DNA of 64,000 nt from Eukaryota sp. GEM-RC1 (GCA_040285855.1 JAUFOQ010000006.1:1798001-1862000); one strand, 5' to 3'. Numbered from the stretch's first letter, positions 47,580-60,339 are shown. The notes: generated by a model from the sequence alone, not told the origin. Program-made: numbers and translations.

Positions 47580-48012
47580 TTCTCACCAATACAACTTGAT
47601 ATTCCGTAGTGTTTATGACACACTTTTAGGTTTTTAGAATTTCTGATTAACTAAGATAGATAACACTATTGAATTGCTGTTTTTCCTAATAATTGACCCT
47701 CGTATATTCATTTTTCAGTTTTAAAAGCATCAAACTGACTTGCTAATGTCCAACATACAGTTTTACTAAAATTACAAGGCAAAACCATTAATTTGGATCT
47801 TTGAGTGCACAATTGGTTTACTAACAATTCGAAGGGATTATTTATTTACCAATCCACTTCTATCTCAATTTGTCTAAGTAATACATATTTACAACATACC
47901 ACTCCAATTTGCTTTTGGACACAAACCTGCTAAGTAAAGATAAAATACTGCTTTATTGGGATAACCCCAAACGATTTTCAAGCAATCAAATTCAAATAAC
48001 ATAACTAAAACA

Positions 48013-49065
48013 CTAAAACACAACATCGAGTCGTATAACCTGCAGCTTATTCTGCTTGACTCCAATCTCCAGTTGTTTCCTCTTTTCGGTTCTAAAGAAC
48101 TTAGAACGAGAACGAAACGATTCATCAACTGAGTTTTGCCACCCAGGTGTAGCATATGCATTCATCTTCGATAGAACATTATTAGGACGATTCGGAACGT
48201 CAGATAAAAGCTTAGAGTACTTACCAGGATCAGCTGCTCCAGCAAGAGCACGACAATGGAAATGAGACAACAAGCAGCCTCTAGCATACACCCTGCTTCC
48301 ATCACTCAAAACTAATGCTTTTCCAACGTCGGATTCTTCAACATCAACGACAAGTCTTCCTTTACGTTGACGTTGACTAGTGAAGATGTCATCAGGTGAA
48401 GCATCATAATCATAAAACGGTGCAAGGGCTTCTCCAAAGACGGCAAGGTTGATTTTGGTATGACCACAGTCACGCATATGAGCTTGAAGGTCAGATAAAT
48501 GGGAAAAGCCACTCTTACCACGGTTAAGACACCACATACACGTGAGATCAATACCAACAACAACAGTAAGATATTCTAAAAAGCCTTCGAGATCCGAAAG
48601 ATGTTCTAAATCAGGAATGAAGAATGAATGGACTGTCTTCATATGATCTAGGCATTCCTCAATAGTCTCAAAAGAGTGCTCACAGAACAGACAATCAGTT
48701 ACTTCTAGTATTTCGAAGTTGTCTGTCTCAATTGGGATGTCTTCTACTGGAGCTTCGTCTTCGGGTGGAGAAATTGACATCATAGCAGCACTGCGTTCTA
48801 GATGTTTGTTCGACTGGCAATGGTTTTCGTAGGCTTTAATGGAGCCAAAAGATTTGCGACACAGACCACATTCATAGCGATTTCGCTGAGGAGCTTGTTC
48901 AAGAGGTTCTTCTGTACAATGGTCCTGGTAACTATCATAAGAAAGAGGTGCTTCTCCTCTACATTTTCGTTTAAGATTTTCAATGTGCCAGTCACTGTTA
49001 TAATGGTCCTTTTGAGCTGAAGCGTCATCAAAGACTAGGCAACACGCAACACAAGTGAAAGACAT
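48013..49065 (-). CDS. ZNF622: ZNF622/Rei1-like pre-60S maturation zinc-finger protein
   Basis: FTCVAC...QKDHYNSDWHIENLKRK, second C2H2 finger, CLFC...HMKTVHSFFIPD, LQAHMRDCGHTK. Confidence 0.92.
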   Translation of the reverse strand: MSFTCVACCLVFDDASAQKDHYNSDWHIENLKRKCRGEAPLSYDSYQDHCTEEPLEQAPQRNRYECGLCRKSFGSIKAYENHCQSNKHLERSAAMMSISPPEDEAPVEDIPIETDNFEILEVTDCLFCEHSFETIEECLDHMKTVHSFFIPDLEHLSDLEGFLEYLTVVVGIDLTCMWCLNRGKSGFSHLSDLQAHMRDCGHTKINLAVFGEALAPFYDYDASPDDIFTSQRQRKGRLVVDVEESDVGKALVLSDGSRVYARGCLLSHFHCRALAGAADPGKYSKLLSDVPNRPNNVLSKMNAYATPGWQNSVDESFRSRSKFFRTEKRKQLEIGVKQNKLQVIRLDVVF

Positions 49066-50112
49066 TTAAAGGGGTGGAACAAAGAAGGGAATTTCCAATG
49101 ACACATCACCTACTGTGGTTTTCATTCAAATTGCATTTTTCACATCTTTCTCACTGTATTTTCTCATGACTGAATCTTCTACCCCTTCCACAGTTTCCGT
49201 AGAATCAACAGTCCGTCGGCGACTAGATTTATCTGCAATTCCTTCCTCCAGTGACTTGTCTATCATTCCCAGAGCCGATTCTTTTGTCGTATCTGTAGGT
49301 GCTCTTTTCTGCCTCTCGTCGCGTAAAAAAAAATAAAATCGACAGAATTGAAAGTTTCGATGTTTATTACAGTGACATTAGAGCTCTAACACCCAACAGT
49401 AGACTGATGCTTCTTTAGATCATTCCACTTCGTGGAATATATGTTGTTTTAATTGTTTGGGAGCATCAATCTGCAGAAGCTGCATAATGACTAGTTAGTT
49501 CTAGTTATCAGTGATACGGCTTTTTAGTTCGTATCAATGATAAACAATACTCAATGTTAGTGAGATGACGAAAAACATCTGTTTCATTGTCTAATAGAAA
49601 ATTGATGTGTTCATTCATGCTCAATATTGAATTGGCAATTAATAGATTTTCAAATTACAATGTCATGATGCACTAGACAGATATGATAACAGAAGGACAA
49701 TCTTAATCACTCAAAAGATCTATTGTAATGTTTTGAATCTTGACTGTTGGAAAACTAAATTCAGATAAATCATCATCAATTAAATTTTGGATTATTTGAT
49801 TACAGTACTCTGTTTTCTAGAAGAAAGTGCAGCAATAATTTGGTTTAACATCTGATCATAGTTGTAATGGAAGTTTCAAGCCCTCTTCAAGGGTTATCAT
49901 AAAAAACATAAACTTAAGATGTCGGAAAAGGATGACTCCCCTTATTTCTTCATGTAGTATACATATAGTAGTAGTGCTAATTATATGCAATTGGCATTTA
50001 ATTTGAGATTTTCTGTGCTGGATTCCAGCATTACGCTACGTATCCGGGTGAAGAACAGAAATGTATATTATTGACATCACAACAGAGAGAAAAAACTCAA
50101 AAATTTACACAT

Positions 50113-52115
50113 TTATTCCGCACCGGCCAATTCTTCTCTCATTATCTTCATCCTTTTCAAACAAACAATTGCTAAATCCTTTCTACCTCCTTCCATACAT
50201 CTCCTAGCTCTTTCCTCTTCAAAGTCAATGGCTTTCTGCAGTGCATCAGCATACTGTTCAGGAGTAATGACACCCTTTTCAGCCTGAGCTTCAATCACAG
50301 ATATTCTTGATTGTAAAGAGATCACGCGGAGTTCAAGCTCGGAATTTCCCGCATTTTTAGCTAACTGCTGTTCAGCATTGGCAATTTCAGTGGTCAAAAC
50401 ATCAAAACTGATCAAAAACTTGACATCATAAATATCTTCTGAAAACTCTGGTTGAGCAACAGCTTTCGGTGGAGCTTCTGTCTGTGGACTTTTACCTGGA
50501 TTTGTAGACTGTGGCACGGCAGGTTGAACCTTAGGAGATTGTGCAGGCAAAGTTTGCTTCGGAGCGGCAACCTGAGGAGTCTTTTTGACCTGATTAGTAG
50601 GAATACAGTCCTTCTCAATCACAAGTTTAAATTGGGGAGCAACAAAAGGAGATCGTACACTGAGGGACATCAACAGATTACCACAGGAATTGCGTTGACG
50701 TTTAGCTTTGGCCTTATCAGAAGCAGAGATCAATGGCGAGTTGACTCGAGCTTCACGTTTAGTTGCTAGTAAATTCAGACTAACAACAGTGGAAAACAAC
50801 AATTCCTCTTTTCAGAAAAGAAAACCTTCTTGACCGAGTAGATATTAACCAAAACTGACGGACATTTTCGACTTTCCTTTATCATTTTAGCTGCTTTTGC
50901 CATCAACTTTTTGTCAGCAGAAGTTGTTAGAGAAAGAGAAACATTTAGATCATCTCTGATAGTTTTTGGAGAACTTTTAACAGATTCAGAAGAAAAAGGT
51001 GAATCAATAAATTTGACTTCATAAGAAACCTTGCTGACGTCACCCAATCTGACCCCATCAAAAGCAAGAAATTTGATTGACAGTTGATCAATCAATAAAT
51101 CACGGTCAATATCAGGAACTTGCCGTTGTTGCACAATAAATGATAAATCTGGTCGAGGTTCACCTATATCAATTTTAGATTTTACAATTTTTGAAATTTG
51201 TTCAAGGCGTTGAAGTTTCTTTGATAGCTGTTCAATCCAAGCTCTGTCGTTGATTAACTCAGCAAACTCTAAATGTCCACGATTCTCAGTCATCACTGTA
51301 GACAACTTCTCCAAGAACTCATTGTCGTCATCAGCTTGATCACAGTCGGGATCACTCAACTGGGAAAGTCTTTCCTGAATCGAAACTTCCGGTGTATAAC
51401 CTATTTCCTTATAAAAGGAGTATTCTTCTTGTAATTGATACTTCTTAAACATCAGCAACGCTCCGTCCAAGTCACCTTCATGTCCATGTTGGATGGCTTT
51501 CATCAGAAGTGGAGGTTTGGCAGACGGCGGTGCTTCACTTCGAGATTTGGTAGTAGTAGGGACAGAAGTGATGATAGGCTGTGGCTGAGGTTTGGAAACA
51601 GTGGGTTGTGGTTGGGGTTTAGCTGAGGGAGAAACTGTTGGAGTTGTGGACATTGAAAACCCTTGAGATTTAAGAGATGATATGATTGATTTGGTGGTAG
51701 GAATGTCAGATGCCTTAAGAGCTTCAATTGCTGTATTGAATTTGGTGACTTGACTGAATAAGGTTCTGGCAGCAGCGGTATCACCGTTTGAAGATAACTG
51801 AGAAACATCGGATTGTCTAGCTTTAAGAATTAGACTGAAGTGTTGCAGTTGTTCATCAATCACAGACTTTCGTTCGTCTTGTGCACTGGACGAAGGATTT
51901 GCTGTAGGTTGAGGAGAAGAAGAAGGAACATCAGACGGGGGAGAACTCTTGACATTCTTGGGTACATCTTCTGGTTGAGGTTCATCTTCCTCCCAACCAT
52001 AAGAGTTTTTCAGTTCATCAAGAAGTTCGCTGTCGGAAATGTCATCCATCCCTGAAGCTGAAAGCAACTGTTTCATGTTTTGATCAAAGTCATCACTGTT
52101 GAAGTCGTTTTCCAT
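50113..52115 (-). CDS. CC2D1/Lgd-like protein (tentative); one apparent frameshift
   Basis: Acidic N-terminus, helical DM14-like segments, C2-like beta region, and C-terminal SFDVLTTEI...GVITPEQYADALQKAI...AIVCLKRMKIMREEL. A -1 shift at 50809-50812 joins the two ORFs. Confidence 0.6.
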
Positions 52116-52397
52116 TGACTAGGAGAAATTTGGGAACAGAAATTTGATAACAAGAAAGTTGAAAGTGTTTCCCAGATCTCATTCTTGCTGATGTTAAGCA
52201 CCTCGGCAATATATCTGGATTTAAGTAACCAAGTGGTAACTTTGCCACCAAAAGATAAATTTCTAAAAACAATAAAAAATTGCAAATTGGTATTTTTTGT
52301 AGGATGATTACCTTTTTAGGTATTGAGTAAAGTTTCTCTCTGTAATAAACATACCAAGAACGATTTTCTTTAGTTCACTTTAATGTATTGTGGGTGT

Positions 52398-52526
52398 ATT
52401 AGATTAAACAACTAAAATTTGACATCATTAGATCAACTATCAAATCTTACAACAAATTTGTCCTCATAAAAGGAACTCACAGACAGAAAAGCTTTGATGA
52501 TGATTAGGGGAATTGTCTTAAAAACC
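52398..52526 (-). mobile_element. Short family B RLE 3' fragment
   Basis: Aligns to ~61336-61470. Confidence 0.7.
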
Positions 52527-53024
52527 AAGAACGAAAGCTCAAAAATTGACGAAAAATATCTGGCCCTTCAAGCAGCTTAAGTGAGAAAATTAGTTCGGTA
52601 TGATAAATCAATTACGAAGCTGAATTCTCTACATAAAATTTGGCACTTTTGGACAACAAGTTCCCACATCTTACGGCAAATTGTACAACGGTACGGAAAG
52701 AATTTTAATGACAGTTTATAGGATATGAAGACTGTCATTTTCTGTTTTTAAGGAATGATCAAATGATCATCAATTGACCACTACAAAGAGACTTCGTTGC
52801 TATTGATGGCCGTGCAATTTGCCAAATAGTATTTGTATCTGTGGAAAACAATTGACCTACTAGTATTCTCATTTGTTAAATTGTACCCGCTAATACATGT
52901 TCTGTGGAAGTCCTAGGAAATTGAAACATTACCACTTTCAAAATCTTAAGAATTAATTAATTGTAATAACATCAACAATAATACATCAAGTTGCTGCATT
53001 GAATTCATGAAGACACAATAATAT

Positions 53025-53290
53025 CGTGTTTCAGCCTTTTGCAGTTTCTTTGTACGAAAATTTTGGTTCTTCTACCAAGGAGTTTTTTAATTTATTTGAA
53101 AATTTGTGTTCAGAATTTGGCAAGAAGTTTAACAGATCGTACTGGAAGAGTAAATTTACTTTTTCGATTTTTAGGTCTATGTAAAGATATGTTGATTCCA
53201 TTTTGTCCAAGTTGTTTGGAGGCAACTACTTTTCGGAATTAGGCAGTTCGTTTGATAATTTGATTTAATAGTGTTTATTTATTTGTTGTT
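53025..53290 (+). mobile_element. Degraded RLE 3' fragment (family E)
   Basis: Across frames: FQPFAVSLY...FENLCSEFGKKFNRSYWKSKFTFSIFRSM; same C-terminal pattern as the other families but distinct sequence. Confidence 0.65.
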
Positions 53291-53314
53291 TTCTTTTTTG
53301 TGTGTTTTTCTCCA

Positions 53315-53833
53315 CACTCAAATCCGTTTGATTGTAATAACGAAAAACAGAACCCATTGTTTGAGAAATGGAGCGCAGATGTTGTTGTCCTTTCTTCTTC
53401 AGACAATTTGTATGTTGTCGACATGGTATCTGTGGATGTTTGTAAAAAGTCATCCTTAAAGAATGCTTGGTCTGAAACTTCCCCTTTAGACATTTCTGAA
53501 CAAGTCAAGAAGGATAACTATAAAAACCACTGATGGCTCTAAAACATGTAAAACATGTTGAATACGAATTATGCCCTTTGCTGTTTCCAATCTACGGCCG
53601 TTGAGGAAAAAGTACATTGAATTTTTTGACCGATTTCGAAAAAATCGTAAACAATATGATGAACAAACGTCTTGATGATACTAAATAGTATCAATCGTAT
53701 CGTTTTTACTATTTTTACAACAATTCCCCTAATCATCTCCAAATCTATACTTGCTGTGAGTCACATTTATGAGAACAAAGCTGTTGTAAAATTTGATAGC
53801 GAACGGGTGCTGTTATCATGATATCAAATTATA
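53315..53833 (+). mobile_element. Family B RLE 3' fragment, degraded
   Basis: ADVVVLSSSDNLYVVDMVSVDVCKKSSLKNAWSETSPLDISEQ; inverted homologue of 61349-61870. Confidence 0.88.
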
Positions 53834-53878
53834 GTTTTTTGAGTAAAAGAATATTACATTTATAAATGAAACTAGTTT

Positions 53879-56129
53879 TCAAAAAGAAAAAGTATTCCAG
53901 AAAATATTGAATAAAATAAACAATTTGACATGACCATCCAAGTGACACCTATCAAAGACGGTTCTGTCAAGAGGATTTCCCTCCAAATGGATTTCAATAT
54001 TTTCAATAATTGAACTGCAACCCTTCAAAAGTTCAAGTAAATCGGTCAATCCTTGGTTACTAAAAGAATTGTTCATTAGAGTAATTGTTAATATCTGAGA
54101 ATTCGAATTAGAAACAAATTGTTGGAACAAGGTCAAAATCTGCTGATCAGAGAGATCGCAAGAGCTGAACTCTATAGAGGTCAATGACTTGTTGTGAAAA
54201 AAGAAATCACAAAGATTATTAAATAATTCATCATTTAAACGACATCCATTAATAGAAAACTCCTTAATAGTGAACGTATCCAATAAATACTTTAAAGAGG
54301 AAATCTCCTCTGCAGTAATTGTGAAACACTTTTTGGGAGAAAATTGTAAAACGCCATTGTCTACATCAATGAAATTCGGGAAAATGTCAAGATCAATAAT
54401 TGATGTGTTAATTGACAGTATTTGAAATAAAGCAACTATACCTTGAATAGTAGACCCTTTGTAACCAAGAGTTTCAATGTGGCTAATAGAAATGTTGTTT
54501 TTCAAAGACTTCAATAGGAAAATCAAATCTTCATTACAAGTATAACCATCAAAACTAATAGAACCGAGAGAAACTTCAACAATATGATCACGTTTTACAG
54601 GTACATTGATCTTTAAAGCATTTAAAAGTGAAACTATTTCTGAATCCTCTATTTCACTTTCATAACGAACAGAACCCTCATCTAAATTAATTGCATGAGG
54701 AGCAAGATCAAAGAAAGATTTGGAGAACTTCTCTTTAACCACAATATTTTCAAAAATTAACAGTAGACAACTGAAATTTAAATTAGGGAATCCTACTTTT
54801 AATAGTGTTGAATTCGTTTCAAGTGCTTTTAGAATAGATTCAAACTGTAAAGAATTCAAAAAGAAGCGTCGAGTTTTAATTCCAGAATACCAGTGTTACT
54901 TTGTAACAAATCTACCAGGGAGCAAACTTCTTGACTAGTATAAAGATGTTTAACACCATGAAACATCAACTGTTTTAAAGAAATATTAAATTTAAGAGAA
55001 TGGAAAAATTGAGCAGATGAATGAGAAAAATTTAAAATCTCCAAACTGTTTAAAAAAGTGTTGGACTTGAGAAATTCAGAAAAGTTTACATTATTAAAAT
55101 TCATATGTTGAAAAGTAACGTGTTGAAGTTCCTGTAAAGAATTGTCTTTTAAAGCGGATACCAATACATCACCACCCTCAACAGCTGGAAACTGGGCATT
55201 ATTGAAACTTTTCCAGATATTGGGAAGGAAGAGAGTTTGAAAAGTAGAGTTGGTGAATAGCGGAAGAACACAAGAAGAATTTTCAGCAACAAAGTTTCTT
55301 AAGTCAACAGTATTAATGGTAGAACTACTTGCAAGAGACTCGAATAGAGGCTGGAGTTGGTCAGGTGGAAGTGAATAACCATTGTTGACCAGACTAACAC
55401 TTTTTAAGGAGGTATTAGTCGAGAAAACGTGAGAAAGATCAATGGCTTGAGATGGAGTAATGGAGAAGAACTTAACATTGAATTTTTGAATAGAAGAATT
55501 GGCTGAGAGAAGTTGACAAAGGAGATCAAAAGGGGAATCAGGGAAAGTACATACATCTAAACGTTGAAGGGATGGGAGAAACAGGGAAGAAGAGCTGTTG
55601 AGGAAGTCAGTTTGATGGGTAGAGATCAAGTTCAACCAATGATTGGTGACGTGACATTGAAGGTTTAGGCATCGAATAAGTCCAAGTAAAGAGATTTAGG
55701 TTGCACTTCAAAGTACTTATTGATTGAGGAAAGTTGGGATAAGTCTTTGTGAGTAACAGGAATAATGGTAGACTCTATAAATATCCTTACAGCGGAAAAA
55801 ACTGTTCGAAAGAATCTATTGCTGGAATAGCCAACACTTGTAAAGTAGTAGAATAGTTGGTTCACGAGCTTGGAAAAGGGAATTGATGTATCAAAGTAAT
55901 TGAAATTGAGATGGCACTTTAAAAGTTGGTGCAAATAGTGTAGATAGGTTAGGATCAACAAAGAGTCTTGAAAACGGATGACTAGGGTTGAAGAATCAGG
56001 CTCGTTAAATAAGCCGTGAGAAACAGAAGGGTGAGTGTGTTCTTGATTACGACATTGATCTGAGTAAAGGTGATCAGACTTGTGGAAAGAAGATGAAGAC
56101 TCCCCAATGCTGTGATAGGTCTGTGTCAT
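53879..56129 (-). CDS. RNI-like leucine-rich-repeat protein; frameshifted, possibly a pseudogene
   Basis: Repeated L..N.sl..l.l motifs (LLSANSSIQKF, ALETNSTLLKV, NKSLTSIEFSSCDL). Three ORFs join at ~55670 and ~54860. Confidence 0.6.
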
Positions 56130-56373
56130 TCTACTACATGTACATGTAGTAAGGAGGTGGTTGTCAAAATAGTCATTTAGTTAAATTTTTGCGGCAGCAT
56201 CACAGACAACAAAAGGCTATACAGTAATGAGAGGATCGATTTTACTATCAGATGGTCCAAGAAATAAGCTAGATCATTCTCTACTACAGTACATTCTCTA
56301 ATCGTACTAAGGTAGTACTGTAATTGTTCCAAGATTCGATAAAGCAAAAGAATAAACCTCTGAACACACATAA

Positions 56374-57237
56374 TTACAAGGAAACAACAAGACAAACAGG
56401 TGCGTGGTCTGACCCTTTTTGGTCTTGTAGAACAAAACAATCACTAACACGATCAATAATAGATCTAGTAACAAGGAAATAATCCAATCTCCAACCAATA
56501 TTACGAGTTCTAGATTGATTAAAGTTACTCCAAAAAGTATACTGTATACGTTCTGGATACAAGAAACGAAACGAATCAACCAAATCCAGTGATTCCAACG
56601 TTGTACTCAATGACTCTCGCTCCTTATCTGTGAATCCAGCTGACTTATTACGATTAGAAGCAGGATTTGCCAAATCAATCTCATTGTGTGCAACATTAAG
56701 ATCACCCGTAACTATAATAGGCTTAGACTGGTCCAATTCTGATAGATGTTTGCGTAATGAAGCATCCCAGTCAATTCTGTAATCCAACCGAACCAGTTTT
56801 CTACCACTATTGACAACGTACAGATTGATCAAGTAGAATTGGTCAAACTCGAGGCAAATGACTCGGCCTTCTTTATCTTCACTGAAGAAAGAAGCAACAT
56901 GAGTAAAAGGAATCTTACTGGCAACCATGACTCCTGAAGCACCTTTCTTAACTGTGCTACAGTTCCATTTTGTATATGTATACCCTCGTTCTTTGAATCC
57001 AGTGGTGAATTCACCGGTCTGATTACTCTGAACACGATGTTCTTGTAAACAGATGATATCTGAATCAAGAGATTCAATGAATGGCCATAGAATGTTCTTT
57101 TTTGCTGCATTTCTTATTCCGTTAATGTTGAAGCTGCATAGTTTAAATTCAGAAAGGACAGAATCAAGATTAGCTTTCTTTGCATCTGGTTCAGTTGTTT
57201 CTAAAGTACTGGAAAGACGTTTATCGAGGGATGACAT
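56374..57237 (-). CDS. APEX1: AP endonuclease 1 / exodeoxyribonuclease III
   Basis: SFNINGIR, DIICLQE, EGRVI, YVVNSG, GDLNVAHNEIDL, AGFTDKER, GWRLDYF, GSDHAPV. Confidence 0.93.
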   Translation of the reverse strand: MSSLDKRLSSTLETTEPDAKKANLDSVLSEFKLCSFNINGIRNAAKKNILWPFIESLDSDIICLQEHRVQSNQTGEFTTGFKERGYTYTKWNCSTVKKGASGVMVASKIPFTHVASFFSEDKEGRVICLEFDQFYLINLYVVNSGRKLVRLDYRIDWDASLRKHLSELDQSKPIIVTGDLNVAHNEIDLANPASNRNKSAGFTDKERESLSTTLESLDLVDSFRFLYPERIQYTFWSNFNQSRTRNIGWRLDYFLVTRSIIDRVSDCFVLQDQKGSDHAPVCLVVSL

Positions 57238-57485
57238 TGAGGTTGCAGATTGTCAACCTGAATGTAAGCAACAAAATTGCAAGAAACAAATCGAATTTTG
57301 TTCCATTTCGATCAGTCATTGACAACCTTAATTCCTACACATTTGAGCTGACGTGGAGTACAACACAGATCAAAATAATTGATGGTAAAACTTTCGAATT
57401 GAATCAGTAGGAATACTGTTTATTGCTGGAGAATTTCCAACAAAAATAAATAACACAACATACAATAAATACAGAAAACCAACTC

Positions 57486-58012
57486 TTATTTCATTCCAAG
57501 GAACTTGTTTCGAGAAAACATAAAGGTCCACTTGTTCTTTTCGCTTTTAGAGATAAAAGCCATGCCAACCAATATGGTTGCAAGCTTACGACGAAGTTGA
57601 ATAAGGTACTGTTTGAATTGATCAGGGTTCTGAGGTTTAGTAAAGATGGAATCTAAAGGAAACACTGAAACGTCAGTTACAGGATCTTTTGACCGGGGAT
57701 TGTGACTTCTTCTTGAGATATGACGAACAGTAGTTTGTTTGCATCATCAATAGTGTTCACGTCTTCAAGTCTACGAAGAAAGCGAAGAGCACACCAAGTA
57801 AGATAAATAAGGAGACGATCTGCTGGTCCAGTTACGTGAAATTGTTTACAGAGAACATTCGCTTTGAAGTGGCGGAGTGTTTCCTCAACAATGTCTTCCT
57901 TGTCTGATTCACAGATTGGAGCAGGTCCAGGAATATCAGTCTTTAAAGGCAAATACACAATTCCAGCATCTCCTGCTCCGATGTAGTTATTCCAGTTAGA
58001 GTGGTAAGGCAT
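57486..58012 (-). CDS. ARPC3: Arp2/3 complex 21-kDa subunit; one apparent frameshift
   Basis: MPYHS...LPLKTDIPGPAP...DIVEETLRHFKANV...GPADRLLIYLT...IPG. A -1 shift at 57687-57690 gives FPLDSIF...YLIQLR...NKWTFMFSRNKFLGMK*. Confidence 0.92.
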
Positions 58013-58236
58013 TGAGATTTGTCTGGTTCCAAACAGAGTGAGTAAACACGCGGTGTTATGCATTTTGGAAGCGTGTCAACACGTACTACCACGTGTTTGC
58101 ACCCTCAAATTCGAAAACACATTTATCTACAACCACGATGTAGTAAAATTAAGTATGTTGACTGATCATATACCGGATCAACCGGATATGGTGCAACTGA
58201 CATTGGATAAATAAAGAACACTTTCAAAACACTTTA

Positions 58237-60339
58237 TTACGATGAAGATTGAATGCACGAAGCAAAAGAACCTTCTTTCATTGAGGTTTTGAAGAAGTTC
58301 CACAAAACAAAATAATCTGAAGTCTTTAATCCAGAATCAACTTTCCAAGGTTTTCCATCACCAAAATAATGGACACTTTTTAAATTTTCTGGAATTAAAA
58401 GCGTCTTCCTCGTCCACAGAACAATCTATGCCCTTGTCCCATGTACATTGACGGTAGTCTTGTGGCAGAATTAAAGAAATAATGACCAAAGAAGCTATTG
58501 ACTGGTAAATAATGAGGATAAATAGACGAATCAACAAGAAAAGCATCATATAATTGTTGAAAAACTGCATGAGAAGGTTTAGCTAGAAAAAACCCACCAT
58601 TCAAATCATCGACGTTATCTGGGTGATTGATTGCCACTCCCACGTCACCAGGAAGAAAGAAGAGCTCATCCACATTTTGAGTCAGGACAATATCAGCATC
58701 AAGAAACAAAATAGAAGAATAGTTGGTCATGTTCCAAACGTACAACTTGGAAAAGAGTCCAGCGGAACAATACCGTGACGAAGTAAAAGACTCTGGACAT
58801 CGTGTTTTGGAAATTTTAAATATTGAAACCCCCATGCAACGAAGTCCTTCCAACAGTTTATCATCTAAGTGTTTATAAGCCAAAACACCAATTGAAGCAT
58901 TAGTGTTGGTCTTCAACACGCTATAAGCCCAAACCTCAGCAATAGGGATGAAATCATTTGTCGTGATTAAAGTCAAGTAGAGGTGACTCTTGTTGACTAA
59001 CTTTGACAGACCAGAGGGAGTGCTAGGAGAGAGAATAGTTGAGATTGAGGTAGGGAAGAGGCCACATTGGTGGGAGGAGAGAGGTGGGGTGGTGAACAGA
59101 GGCCAGTTGATTCCTTCTAGTGATGATGAAGGAGAGAAAGAAAGTGAGTGAGACCAGGTTTGAGAGGAAGGTACAACATTGTGAGTTTTACCTGGGAAAA
59201 CAAACAGGAATGACACACCAATCAGCATAATCAAAGTGATTAATGATTGTAGTTGCCATTGACCAGGATTGACCAGCACGGGAGAATTCATGATTTCTTG
59301 AGAAGTCTTGGGTGGAGGACTGAATAAGAACCAAAAGGACACTTGAACAAGGGAAAGAATGACAAGAGAAAAATGGAAGGGGGGAAGTCGATGACCATCA
59401 ATTTTTAGAAAATGAACAAACCAACTTAAGACGATACAACAACACACACAATTTCCAATAGACTCAAAACCTTTCCTAAAAGTCACTGTAATTGATCTCG
59501 TACCCAAAGAAAGCCCTAACCCTGACATTGTAGAAAGAGAGACCAAGGAGAGAAGCCAACCACAGGTAATTCCTGCATTGATTCTTCCTGGAGGTTCAGT
59601 AAAAGAGGAGACCTCAAAGATAAGAAAAGGTATAGCAGTGAAGATGATGGAATATAAGGAGATTGACGAGGTAGAAAAGAGATCACTCTTGAGGGAATGA
59701 TCGCAAGAGGTAACTAAATGGAGCAGGTAGTGTAAGGACAAGAACAACAGAACAGGGAAGAGTGTGAGAAAGTTACTTACTGAGGAGGGAATGGACAGAT
59801 ACACTCCAAATAAGAACCATAGAAAGTTTATTACTAAGGATAGTCTAATTGGCTTAGAGTGTGAAGTAGTGGTGTTCAAGAATTGAGATGAAGAAAGAGT
59901 TGTTGAGAGAGTGACTAAGACAGGAAATACCCCAAAAGAAGCAAGGGAAGAGAAGAAAGTGGATACAGCTAGAAAAATCAAGAAAGAAAGTTTAACAGTG
60001 GCTAAGGAGGGCTTCTTCTTCGTAATATCCTGTTCTGATGGACAAAGAAAAGCCATAAGAAGTACTAGGACAAGGGAGTGAGATAAAGGAACATGGAAGA
60101 TACGAAGACTAAAACTGACTGCAGAAAGGAAGAATGTACAGCATATAGTAAATAGGATGAACGTTAGAGATGACATAACATGAGCAAACCCGGTAGAAGA
60201 AGTCCTAGGGAGAGATGTCCTGGATACCAAAAACAGACATGAATGTCTGATCAAGATCTCAGAGACAAAATATGCATATAATACATATAAAACAGTGTAC
60301 CGTAAGTGGTCCTATAACTGCAAAAAGGAAGTGAATCAT
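58237..60339 (-). CDS. Multi-pass membrane protein fused to a glycosyltransferase family 8 (glycogenin-like) domain
   Basis: About 10 hydrophobic segments, then FSKLYVWNMTNYSSILFLDAD...NVDELF...LNGGFF. A -1 shift at 58397-58400 restores VHYFGDGKPW. The 5' end (ATG 60339) is uncertain. Confidence 0.75.

Noticed and set aside
56374..57237. AP endonuclease as part of an L1-type retroelement
   Set aside because: It is a stand-alone gene with cellular APE1/ExoIII motifs and no adjacent RT.
57665..57693. Possible 29-nt GT..AG intron in ARPC3 instead of a frameshift
   Set aside because: It would remove the conserved Gly of IPG and lacks the GTTTG donor; a -1 at AAAAG keeps a sensible protein.
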